IMG/VR virus record: IMGVR_UViG_3300046804_001959
Strand: one strand, 5' to 3'
Origin: a virus
Lineage: Duplodnaviria; Heunggongvirae; Uroviricota; Caudoviricetes
DNA: 36,150 nucleotides
Part shown: positions 25,304 to 33,469 of the stretch, piece by piece
How positions within the stretch are numbered: the first letter of the stretch is position 1
How the letters are laid out: each line of letters begins with the position of its first letter
Translations under genes and position numbers: made by a program
The notes under the pieces: generated by a model
Told to the model about the DNA's origin: nothing
The model's database searches: none
Seen by the model: only the letters and a program-made list of their open reading frames with translations

Positions 25304-26155
25304 TTAAAACTCATTAATGCTTTCGAGGAGGATTTTGAGGCGGCGCTCGATGAAGTAGTTAAAGAGCTTATCACGGCCCTTACCCTTCTGTTCTTCGAAC
25401 TGAGCGAGCACCTCTTTCTTGATATCAGCAGGAATAAAGTTCAGATCGACGAGCTGCTGGTTGCGTAGGTAGCCACGCAGCATCTTCTCGTCGCAGAAAA
25501 CCTGAGGATCTTGTTCGAGCCAAAGATCTAGCTTCTTCTGACTGATGGGCTTTTGACGACTGCCTACGACGAAGGTGTCATCGGCAGACAGGAAGTTAGG
25601 AACACCGTCGCCAGTATCGCCACGCATGATGTGTTCCTTGATGAACCGGTCAGGATCATTCGTTTTACGCCACTTCTTCTGTACAGGATCGAACTGCTGA
25701 ACGTTCATGTAACGCTGCAGTTGCACGAAGTCTTTGTCACCAGAGAGAATGAGGATCTGCTCGTTGGTGTCGCCGTGTTCCTGTACGATCGTGCCAATGA
25801 TATCGTCGGCTTCAGCTCCGTCGACATGGATAACACGATACGGGAAGTGTTCTTTGAGTTCTTCGCGAACCTTGTTGAGAGTCTCGAACACAACGGTCCA
25901 GTTGATCTCAGACTTTTCGCGGTTCTTGCGGCGGTTCGCCTTGTAGTAAGGGAACACTTGCCTACGCCAGTTATGACCAGCATCAGCAGCGATGATCATT
26001 TCACCGAACTGAGCCTTGAACTTGACGTTGTATGCCCTGATGGAATTCAGGATCATATGACGGAGCAGATCTTCTTCGAGCTCTGCGTTGGTGTGGTTTC
26101 CAAGCTGAACCATCAGGTTGGAGATCATGACCTGCGAGAGGTCCATAATAATCAT
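25304..26155 (-). CDS. rnh: T4-type RNase H (5'-3' exonuclease, FEN family)
   Basis: NWRRQVFPYYKANR, EADDIIG, ILSGDKDFVQLQ, GDTGDGVPN. Confidence 0.95.
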   Translation of the reverse strand: MIIMDLSQVMISNLMVQLGNHTNAELEEDLLRHMILNSIRAYNVKFKAQFGEMIIAADAGHNWRRQVFPYYKANRRKNREKSEINWTVVFETLNKVREELKEHFPYRVIHVDGAEADDIIGTIVQEHGDTNEQILILSGDKDFVQLQRYMNVQQFDPVQKKWRKTNDPDRFIKEHIMRGDTGDGVPNFLSADDTFVVGSRQKPISQKKLDLWLEQDPQVFCDEKMLRGYLRNQQLVDLNFIPADIKKEVLAQFEEQKGKGRDKLFNYFIERRLKILLESINEF

Positions 26156-26164
26156 TTCAGTTTC

Positions 26165-26512
26165 TCACTCTTCTTCTGGTAAGGTGTAGGTGTACGCGAT
26201 TGTACTGTCTTCATTATAACTAAACTCGAATATATTGTCAACCATTTTGTGAAACGGGTGCTCTAAATTATACTGCCGATGTAGAAGCGACTTAGTCGAT
26301 TCCATGATCATCGCCACATCTTTCACATATTTATCGTCGTTGATGTCTACACCGTAGGCGCCGAACATGTGAATGATTTCAGGAATCATATCGTTTAGAA
26401 CCATGTTGACATGATCTTTACGAGTCTGAGTAACCTTATCGAGTATCTCTTCCATGTTCTGAGGAGCAGAGTCTCTCTTCATACCTGGAAACAAGATTAC
26501 GTTGTCTGTCAT
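26165..26512 (-). CDS. Hypothetical protein
   Basis: NVILFP N-terminus and HPFH motif; coupled to its neighbours. Confidence 0.75.
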   Translation of the reverse strand: MTDNVILFPGMKRDSAPQNMEEILDKVTQTRKDHVNMVLNDMIPEIIHMFGAYGVDINDDKYVKDVAMIMESTKSLLHRQYNLEHPFHKMVDNIFEFSYNEDSTIAYTYTLPEEE

Positions 26513-27600
26513 TTAATGACCCTTAGTAGGATTGTCTGTTCATTGATTCGGCCGTTAGGCTTGGATTCAGTCGTCTTCAAGTCCGTCATAAAAGTCCTTA
26601 GCGCGACTTTTCCTGCGGAGAGAAGCGACTGCAGAGAGATATCTGGCTTTCGCAACGCTTTGCTCGACGAGGTTTCTGCGTCGAACCCGATCAGAGTCGT
26701 ACCCTTCACTTGAATGCCGCTCGGGCCGATAGCATCGTATCGCGACAGTTTCTTGTACTTGGTATTGTAAGTCCATAGTTGTTTGCATCCTACAACCTCG
26801 GCCGGATGGACCGACACGATCTTCAGCGAAGGTTCTTCCTTCTGATATTTAAGGTTCTTGACCTGATCGACTGCCGACTTGACCTTCTTCTCGCGAGGCT
26901 TGCGGACCTTGACAGCTTTCTTGTTGTTGAGGTAGCGATCGATGTCACCGAAGAACTCGCTCCAGAAATTGATCCAGAATTTCTGGCGCTTGCCAAAAGC
27001 TTCCTTCACCTGCTCGTCGTTAGACATGATCTCGTCATACTGAGGACGGTAGTAGTCAGCTACGATGTTGAGGATCTGAGGATTCAGTTCGTTAGCTTGG
27101 CAGAAGGAGTACATCGAGAACGTCTTGCCATCCATGACAAGGTCGAGTTCTTCTTCGAGGCTCGTGATGATGTGCTTTGCCTTATCACGAACACGAGCTT
27201 GAATGTCTACGACTGGCTTTGGAGCTTCTTCGACTACTTCGTCGACGATCTTCTTGCCAGCATCGATCAACTCTTGAACACCGTTCTTGAAGAAGTCGAT
27301 GTTGTTCTGAGGCAACTCGTTGCCGTTGAGAAGGATGCGAGCCACGTTGCCGAGAGTCTTCGCGATCTTCCACTTCGGCAGCTTACGAACCAGAGCGATG
27401 TCGTTCTTGGTATAGTTCTTCTTCATGTATGTGAAGAACCACTCACGTGACTGATCATCAGTCGCCATGTAGTTGTACCAGTTCAGAGCATCGCTCAGGC
27501 TCGTGATGACGATAGGTTCAGGACCATAAGCTTTGTCATCGATCGACTTGATCTGCGAGCGAGTGATCTGCTTTGGCTTGGGCTTAACCTTGATGGCCAT
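26509..27600 (-). CDS. Conserved T4-like hypothetical protein (early-promoter driven)
   Basis: ALNWYNY, LWTYNTKYKKL, VKGTTLIGFD..LRKP, NGRINEQTILLRV. Confidence 0.8.
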   Translation of the reverse strand: MAIKVKPKPKQITRSQIKSIDDKAYGPEPIVITSLSDALNWYNYMATDDQSREWFFTYMKKNYTKNDIALVRKLPKWKIAKTLGNVARILLNGNELPQNNIDFFKNGVQELIDAGKKIVDEVVEEAPKPVVDIQARVRDKAKHIITSLEEELDLVMDGKTFSMYSFCQANELNPQILNIVADYYRPQYDEIMSNDEQVKEAFGKRQKFWINFWSEFFGDIDRYLNNKKAVKVRKPREKKVKSAVDQVKNLKYQKEEPSLKIVSVHPAEVVGCKQLWTYNTKYKKLSRYDAIGPSGIQVKGTTLIGFDAETSSSKALRKPDISLQSLLSAGKVALRTFMTDLKTTESKPNGRINEQTILLRVIK

Positions 27601-27633
27601 TAGTTCCTCTGTAGTTTCGTTGTCATAATATTT

Positions 27634-27663
27634 AACCTACTACAGTTTTGATAATTTGTACAC
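27634..27663 (-). promoter_or_regulatory. Early promoter
   Basis: GTGTACA-N17-TAGGTT, with an A-tract upstream. Confidence 0.75.
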
Positions 27664-27671
27664 CCCCTTTT

Positions 27672-28427
27672 TTAGAGGTCGATCTTATAGTTGAACAGCG
27701 GACCGCTCTTTGGCGTGTACTGCTCTGCATTCGGTTCCCAACCAGGAGTGCCGACCGTAGGTTCCCATACCTTGTCAACATGTTCCTTCTTGACGTATGA
27801 CCACTTACGAGGAGTTTCCATGACTCCTTCGTAGCCGTGCTCGAGTAGCTTGACGTGAATAGCATCGTGTTCGTACATCTCTACGTCGTCGAAGACGAAG
27901 ACTGCACCAGGATCAGTACGATCAAGGAAGAACGAGATCTCAGCATCGAGAGCTTCAAGAGTATGAGGACCATCGAAGTGGACTACGCTGTACTTGTTTA
28001 CGATGCTCTTATGCTCTGCATAGACAGGAACACCGTCTGCGTAGCGAGTAAAGAACTCAGTGTCTTCGAGGTTGAACATGTAGAAGTTGACGTTGTTCTG
28101 ACGACAGTACAGGTACATGTTGATCAGACAGATATCACGCATCTCGTTGGTATAGTCGCAACGACCTTCCTTGAAGATCTCGTCACGATAATACTCGATA
28201 TTGCCATACGGATCGATGCCGAAGACTGGCTTATCAGGAACTTGTCCTGTCTCGATCAGACCATCGATGATGAACTTCAATCCACCACCAAGACGAACAC
28301 CAATCTCGACTGCTGCGCCTTCTACACCCTTCGAACGGCGGGCTGCATCTTCGAGAACTTCATAGTTACCGCTGTCGGTCCCAAACTGAGGAGCGATATC
28401 GTGAATTGAAATCGGTTGATTTGACAT
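27672..28427 (-). CDS. Class I SAM-dependent methyltransferase (TylF/Methyltransf_24-like O-methyltransferase)
   Basis: AVEIGVRLGGG, FGIDPY, VVHFDGPH, GAVFVFDD. Confidence 0.82.
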   Translation of the reverse strand: MSNQPISIHDIAPQFGTDSGNYEVLEDAARRSKGVEGAAVEIGVRLGGGLKFIIDGLIETGQVPDKPVFGIDPYGNIEYYRDEIFKEGRCDYTNEMRDICLINMYLYCRQNNVNFYMFNLEDTEFFTRYADGVPVYAEHKSIVNKYSVVHFDGPHTLEALDAEISFFLDRTDPGAVFVFDDVEMYEHDAIHVKLLEHGYEGVMETPRKWSYVKKEHVDKVWEPTVGTPGWEPNAEQYTPKSGPLFNYKIDL

Positions 28428-28437
28428 TATATAATCC

Positions 28438-29010
28438 TTACTTCTTTCTGAGATACTTTGCGATCATGTGCATAATGGCTTGATGAACGTCTTCAGCTGC
28501 TTCGTATTCCTGAATATCGACATGAAGAGAGATGTCTGCGAGCTGAGCACACTTGTTATCGGGAGAGAAACCAGTCAGAGCAATAGTCTTTACTTTCAAA
28601 GACTTAGCCGTCTCGATTGCTTTGACAACGTTCGGTGAGTTGCCGCTCGAAGAGATGGCAACGAGTATATCACCTTCTTGGCCGAGAGACTCGAGTTGAA
28701 ATGCATAGACATCGTCGTAGCCGATATCGTTAGAGATGGCAGTCATGAGAGGGATGTTTGCTGCCAGAGAAATGACTCGCGGTCTCAATCCACCCTTTCG
28801 ACACCCCTTCGTATAATCGCATGCCCAGTGCTGGGCGATGGATGCTGAAGCCCCGTTGCCAATTGTGTAAATGTTGTTACGATAGTTCGATAGACTAGTC
28901 AACCAGATAAGTTCAGCAGCCTTTTCGAGTTCTTTCATGTCAATAGAATTGAAACCATGAACAATTGTATCAACGTGATTATCCCAAATGTCTTCAGTCA
29001 GTGTAGACAA
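28438..29010 (-). CDS. gmhA: SIS-domain phosphoheptose isomerase
   Basis: IGNGASASIAQHWACD, MTAISNDIGYDDVY..Q, GDILVAISSSGNSPNV, EDVHQAIMH. Confidence 0.9.
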   Translation of the reverse strand: MSTLTEDIWDNHVDTIVHGFNSIDMKELEKAAELIWLTSLSNYRNNIYTIGNGASASIAQHWACDYTKGCRKGGLRPRVISLAANIPLMTAISNDIGYDDVYAFQLESLGQEGDILVAISSSGNSPNVVKAIETAKSLKVKTIALTGFSPDNKCAQLADISLHVDIQEYEAAEDVHQAIMHMIAKYLRKK

Positions 29011-29944
29011 CTCTTGCTCCTTCGTGTGCGATTCCTACATCGAGGCATGTACGGTCTGAGAATTCTTGGCGAATCTTACTCTTCGAATCTGTCAGAGCAA
29101 GCATGTATCCTCCGCCTCCGGCTCCAAGCAACTTGGCACCGATGGCACCAGCAGACTTGCAACGTTCGTACATATTATCTATCTCATCGTTCGAGATGCC
29201 GTCGTCCATCTGCTTCTTGAGTACCCATGCAGAGTCGAGCAATCTACCATACTCGTGTGCTTTGACCGGTTGAGTCGCTTGCATCTCTGCCATGTGTGCC
29301 AACTCTCTGATCACGAAAGTCTTGGTTTCGAAGTTGATGTTATCAAGGATCTTGGCTGCATGATGCTCTACGTTGGTAGGGATCAAGATCATATAGTTTT
29401 CGATGGAATTGGTATCCATACGCTTGACATCTACTCGTCCTTGACCGAGCTCGTTTGCATACTTGATGTAGTTCATACCACCGAACGCAGAGGCAAACTG
29501 ATCTTGCATGCCAATCTTCCAACCGCAGAGGTCGATCTCGATATGACATGCAGTCTTAGCTACTCCGTATGGGTTGACGTACTCGTAACCGAGATAGGCA
29601 GACAAGGCCTTGACGAGAGCACAAGTAAAGGCAGACGATCCACCAAGACCGTTGCCGATCGTGGGAATGTCTGCGAACGAGGTGATCTCGATGTTGGATT
29701 TGATGCCGAAGAACTTGAGAGCGTTCTTCACGATATCGTTCTGAAGGTCGTCGATATCGGTGACACACTCTTGCTTGGAATAGGAGACCTTAATATGGTC
29801 GTGAGGAGTGTGCATAACTGCCACGTAGACATACTTGTCGATGGCGGTCGAGACGGTAGCACCGCCCCATGTTGCAAAGTGGGTGGGGATATCGCTACCC
29901 CCACCGAAAAAACTAACCCTGAGTGGGGCTTTGGCCAAGATCAC
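28994..29944 (-). CDS. GHMP sugar kinase, HddA-like (D-glycero-D-manno-heptose 7-phosphate kinase)
   Basis: KAPLRVSFFGGGSDI, GLGGSSA, IGMQDQFASAFGG, GAKLLGAGGGG. Confidence 0.88.
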   Translation of the reverse strand: MILAKAPLRVSFFGGGSDIPTHFATWGGATVSTAIDKYVYVAVMHTPHDHIKVSYSKQECVTDIDDLQNDIVKNALKFFGIKSNIEITSFADIPTIGNGLGGSSAFTCALVKALSAYLGYEYVNPYGVAKTACHIEIDLCGWKIGMQDQFASAFGGMNYIKYANELGQGRVDVKRMDTNSIENYMILIPTNVEHHAAKILDNINFETKTFVIRELAHMAEMQATQPVKAHEYGRLLDSAWVLKKQMDDGISNDEIDNMYERCKSAGAIGAKLLGAGGGGYMLALTDSKSKIRQEFSDRTCLDVGIAHEGARVVYTD

Positions 29945-30902
29945 GGTGTTGTTCCTTTAACGAAGCGATGAGACCCTTCCACTTGGGCATAACAGAATCC
30001 CAAGAGAAACGAGTATCTGCGTATGCCTTGATGAACGACATCAGGTTGGTCAGGTCGTTGTTCATCATGTTCTCGATAGCATACATCAGGGTGTGTGCGA
30101 AGATGTTAGCATGCAGGTTCGGGTTCTCATGATCACCGTCATACTGAACCGTCAGACCGCCTGAAGTATCAGTCAGAGCAGAGAAGTTAGGATGTACTGC
30201 CATACAACCAGCAGACATAGCTTCGATTAGAGAACGACATGAAGTTTCAGGCCAAATGCAAGGATATGCAAAGATGTGTGCTCGCTGATAGGCGGCACGA
30301 ACCGTTTCCTGATCTGCCCAACCATGATAGTTGATCTGCGGATGTTCCTTCATCTTGTCGAAGAGAGGTTTATATGCTTCGTCACGAGCTTCCCAACCAG
30401 GACCATAGATGCCGAACGAACTGAATACATCGAGCTCGATGTTAGGATAACGTTCTGCTAGTGCGCAAAATACAGGAACCAGAATCTCCAGTCCGCGATG
30501 AGGTGTGGACGTATAGATGAGACGAATCTTGTCCTTTGGCTTGTCAACGAGTGGAATTGGTTCGATACCAGTTTCAATAACTGTCGAATGGTTGCTATAT
30601 GGAACTCCAAGATAGTCACGATACTGTTGATACTGCCAGTTACTGCTGAAGACCAACTTTTGAAAGCGAGCTCTTGAAGCTGGATCTTTAAGGTGTGCAG
30701 CTTCCGGATCAAGGGCGAGATCGTGTAAGTGATAGATCTTAATTCTGTCAGGATCGAGGTCGCGGACGCGAGCAGTGACAATTTGGACACCATCGAGTTC
30801 ATCACGAGATAGTCGGTGGAAGAGATTTCGAGTGGTGAGTTCTGTTCCACCGTTCGACTCCTTGTTGAGTTCGTTCAATTCAATTAGGTCTTGGTTATTC
30901 AT
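29913..30902 (-). CDS. GT-B glycosyltransferase (GT4-like)
   Basis: GGTE, LIYTSTPHRGLEIL, YPCIWPETSCRSLIEAMSAG (E-x7-E motif). Confidence 0.9.
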   Translation of the reverse strand: MNNQDLIELNELNKESNGGTELTTRNLFHRLSRDELDGVQIVTARVRDLDPDRIKIYHLHDLALDPEAAHLKDPASRARFQKLVFSSNWQYQQYRDYLGVPYSNHSTVIETGIEPIPLVDKPKDKIRLIYTSTPHRGLEILVPVFCALAERYPNIELDVFSSFGIYGPGWEARDEAYKPLFDKMKEHPQINYHGWADQETVRAAYQRAHIFAYPCIWPETSCRSLIEAMSAGCMAVHPNFSALTDTSGGLTVQYDGDHENPNLHANIFAHTLMYAIENMMNNDLTNLMSFIKAYADTRFSWDSVMPKWKGLIASLKEQHRDLGQSPTQG

Positions 30903-31240
30903 ACAGGTGTATCCAATAGATATTCAATGTCGGCATCCTTGAAGAACTCTGCATCGTTCAATGCCTTATCGTCGATCCATACATCGTACGAAGGCTTTCC
31001 GAGCCGAGCTTCATGGAACTTACAGCCCCATTCATTCAGTTGTTGATGAGTAAGTTCGGTCCAGTCGATTCCCGATCCTGAACCACGGGCTGTCCAATAG
31101 ATGATGGTATGCCCTTCGTCGTACAGTTTATTTATACGATCGATCCGATGGTGGAAAGGAATGGAAAGATCATAACGATGCTTTCCATCCACTCGCGGAG
31201 TGACACAGATAGTCTGGTCAATATCTACCATGTAGATCAT
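30899..31240 (-). CDS. Small HAD-superfamily phosphatase
   Basis: DIDQT (DxD), WTARG, GKP..D.WIDDKA. Confidence 0.85.
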   Translation of the reverse strand: MIYMVDIDQTICVTPRVDGKHRYDLSIPFHHRIDRINKLYDEGHTIIYWTARGSGSGIDWTELTHQQLNEWGCKFHEARLGKPSYDVWIDDKALNDAEFFKDADIEYLLDTPV

Positions 31241-31542
31241 GCGTCTAACGATAGCACGCTAAAGCCGATGACAGAGTCGTAACGAAACGAACGCCATCCT
31301 TTATTTTCAAGATCCCATACAGCAAGAACTTCTGGGTTTGGAGTCTTCTTCTGTACAGCTTCTTCGAGATCAGTCTGTGCAGGAAGAGCGCTCGGCATCA
31401 GAGTGCAGAGCAATTCTCGAACAGTACCATCTTTCTTTGTAAAGATTACCTTTGCAGTTCCAGTCTGAAGTGTGTTCTTCAGATACTCATTCTGCCAAGA
31501 ACGTTCGTTCTGGTCTGTCGTAGTATTCAATGAGTTTGTCAT
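31237..31542 (-). CDS. SH3/WYL_2-like (DUF2693-type) protein
   Basis: VIFTKKDGTVRELLCTL..VWDLENKGWRSFR. Start uncertain. Confidence 0.8.
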   Translation of the reverse strand: MTNSLNTTTDQNERSWQNEYLKNTLQTGTAKVIFTKKDGTVRELLCTLMPSALPAQTDLEEAVQKKTPNPEVLAVWDLENKGWRSFRYDSVIGFSVLSLDA

Positions 31543-31738
31543 AACCACCTACTTTTTCTCCGTCAATAATAATGAAAGGCACCGTTCTCACATCGGGGAA
31601 AAGTCCCATGAAGTCTTCGCGTGTTAGATCAACACCTATCTTCATCTCTGTATACTGTTGTCCTTTATTTGTAAACAAGTTTTTCGCTTGCACGCAGTAC
31701 GGACAGTTGTCTTTCGTATAGATGATGATATTACTCAT
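31487..31738 (-). CDS. Glutaredoxin (NrdC/NrdH-like)
   Basis: CPYC, RTVP, VGGYD. Confidence 0.93.
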   Translation of the reverse strand: MSNIIIYTKDNCPYCVQAKNLFTNKGQQYTEMKIGVDLTREDFMGLFPDVRTVPFIIIDGEKVGGYDKLIEYYDRPERTFLAE

Positions 31739-32000
31739 CGCCTGCTACCTTGCTATAGATGCCGTGTGAAATCTTCTTCGGATCACCCCAAAGGCTATTA
31801 GCGCGAACACGAATGAAACGCATGTTCGACTGAGTACCAGGAACAGTAACCCACGGGTTCTGACCCTTCTTCCACGCTGCGATCTTGTTCAGAGCCTTTA
31901 CGACTTCTGGAACATCGCGACGAGCTTCCTTGACACCAGCCACGATACTGCGACGCTGACCCTTCGAAATCTGTGTCTTACGAATTCTCTTCTTACCCAT
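31731..32000 (-). CDS. Basic hypothetical protein
   Basis: SKGQRRS..AWKKGQNPWVTVP..MRFIRV; SD GAGGA. Confidence 0.75.
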   Translation of the reverse strand: MGKKRIRKTQISKGQRRSIVAGVKEARRDVPEVVKALNKIAAWKKGQNPWVTVPGTQSNMRFIRVRANSLWGDPKKISHGIYSKVAGDE

Positions 32001-32009
32001 TATCTATCC

Positions 32010-32105
32010 TCACTTCTTGCTCTTACGTGCACCGCGAGCTTTACGCTTCGATGACCCGATCTTACGACGACCTTTTCTTGGTCGATTCTTTGATGGATGT
32101 GGCAT
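32010..32105 (-). CDS. Very basic 31-aa peptide
   Basis: Not in the track: MPHPSKNRPRKGRRKIGSSKRKARGARKSKK. Fills the gap between its neighbours. Confidence 0.6.
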   Translation of the reverse strand: MPHPSKNRPRKGRRKIGSSKRKARGARKSKK

Positions 32106-32108
32106 TAC

Positions 32109-32315
32109 CTATTTCACCTTTTTTCTCTTAAAGAAATTACCAACTTTAGTAGTAACATACTTACTTATCTTACCAGTTTTAGAGTTGACACTGGTAGTAG
32201 ATTTGGTTCCAGAAGCTTTCGATTTGAAACTAGTCGACGTCGTTCGACCCTTCTTCGATTCTGTTACAGTACGCCGCATCGAAGAGTTTATTTTCTTGCT
32301 TCTTTTCCTAATCAT
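32109..32315 (-). CDS. Basic Lys/Ser/Thr-rich protein
   Basis: 68 aa from ATG 32315; AT-rich; start uncertain. Confidence 0.5.
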   Translation of the reverse strand: MIRKRSKKINSSMRRTVTESKKGRTTSTSFKSKASGTKSTTSVNSKTGKISKYVTTKVGNFFKRKKVK

Positions 32316-32316
32316 A

Positions 32317-32703
32317 TTATATAACACGTTTCTCAATTAAAGTCAACTGGTTTTCTCTGTCGATATACTTATATTCTACCTTGACAGGTTCCCATTCATT
32401 CATGGCTTCGAACACATCTTCGATGTTGAGAGCACTACACGTGTAAACGTCCAGTTGAGCGAGTGCAGGTTCTACTTCATCCCATACATGCAGAGCGATG
32501 TGACTCGTTTCGATGATAGTGACCGCGGTCAGACCACGATTGCCGATCATATCTGAATAGACAGAGTAAGGACCCATCAGTATATTCATATCTATCTGTT
32601 TCACCAGCTTCTTCATCCAGGCCTCGATGGCAGTGGTGCAGTTTGGTGGATTGTTTAGCTCTGCTCTTACGATGAGATGCTTGTGTTCTAGAATCTTTCC
32701 CAC
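32317..32703 (-). CDS. speD: Pyruvoyl-dependent S-adenosylmethionine decarboxylase-like proenzyme
   Basis: HLIV..GLTAVTIIETSHIALHVW..QLDVYTC. GTG start chosen after SD CAGGAG. Confidence 0.85.
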   Translation of the reverse strand: MGKILEHKHLIVRAELNNPPNCTTAIEAWMKKLVKQIDMNILMGPYSVYSDMIGNRGLTAVTIIETSHIALHVWDEVEPALAQLDVYTCSALNIEDVFEAMNEWEPVKVEYKYIDRENQLTLIEKRVI

Positions 32704-32704
32704 T

Positions 32705-33121
32705 TCATGAATTCTCCTGTGTCTTGAGTAGGTTTTTAACATGACTCGCTTGAATTTTACAAGAGACCCAGGTGTTGTAGTACCTCGGGCTCAAGATGGC
32801 ATCATGATCAAAAATGTACTTCGTCTCGAAGTAGTTACATTCACCACGCGTTTTACACAGTCTCAGAATGGTTCGACGAAAACTATCCTTACCGTAATAG
32901 TCAATGTCTTCCTTCAGAGCAGAAGAAGATCCGTAATAGTCGCCCCAATCGGACTCTACACGGATCTTCTTTCGTTTACCTTTAACGGTCTTGTATCCTG
33001 CTTTTGTCAGGTACTTTCGACCTATGTACTTTCTACCATTCACGAGATTCTCGATGAGGTATACGAAGCCGTACCAATCTTCATCTAAAGCGAACTCTTT
33101 ACCTTCGTATAACCAAGTCAT
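32705..33121 (-). CDS. GIY-YIG nuclease (DenA/endonuclease II-like)
   Basis: YGFVYLIEN..NGRKYIGRK..ESDWGDYYGSS..F.RTIL..E..YYN. Confidence 0.8.
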   Translation of the reverse strand: MTWLYEGKEFALDEDWYGFVYLIENLVNGRKYIGRKYLTKAGYKTVKGKRKKIRVESDWGDYYGSSSALKEDIDYYGKDSFRRTILRLCKTRGECNYFETKYIFDHDAILSPRYYNTWVSCKIQASHVKNLLKTQENS

Positions 33122-33154
33122 TTAAATCTACCCATAACAAGTGGAAAGATTTAT

Positions 33155-33298
33155 TTATTCATCTTCCTCGTCGTCGAAAAGATCGTCGTCATCGAACTCT
33201 AAATCTTCAGCACAGAACGGGCAGTATTCTGGCCGTGCGGTTCCATCGGTAATGATTTTAAATTCTTCCTCGCATGAGGGGCAAGTGGTCCAATCCAT
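33155..33298 (-). CDS. 47-aa zinc-ribbon protein with an acidic tail
   Basis: Not in the track: MDWTTCPSCEEEFKIITDGTARPEYCPFCAEDLEFDDDDLFDDEEDE. Confidence 0.8.
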   Translation of the reverse strand: MDWTTCPSCEEEFKIITDGTARPEYCPFCAEDLEFDDDDLFDDEEDE

Positions 33299-33469
33299 TT
33301 ACTGTAATCCTTCGATCTCTCTGATCGCTCGTTGTAAAGCCTGAATCTCCACACCCATGTCATGAATGCCATGTGCATCCTTGTTCATCAGAAAGACTTC
33401 AGCCATATCCCAGCATTTTTCTTCACGGTATCTCAGGTTATCGAGCGCCTCTTGTTCTCTTGTTCTCAT
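33299..33469 (-). CDS. Hypothetical 56-aa protein
   Basis: Not in the track: MRTREQEALDNLRYREEKCWDMAEVFLMNKDAHGIHDMGVEIQALQRAIREIEGLQ. ATGA overlap with nrdB. Confidence 0.7.
   Translation of the reverse strand: MRTREQEALDNLRYREEKCWDMAEVFLMNKDAHGIHDMGVEIQALQRAIREIEGLQ

Noticed and set aside
32316-32346. Sigma70-like promoter TTGACT-N17-TATATA
   Set aside because: Plausible, but it lies in the end of speD and too close to the next ATG to assign a transcript confidently.
32705-33121. Mobile homing endonuclease
   Set aside because: It has only the catalytic GIY-YIG domain (138 aa) with no DNA-binding extension, which fits a resident phage nuclease.
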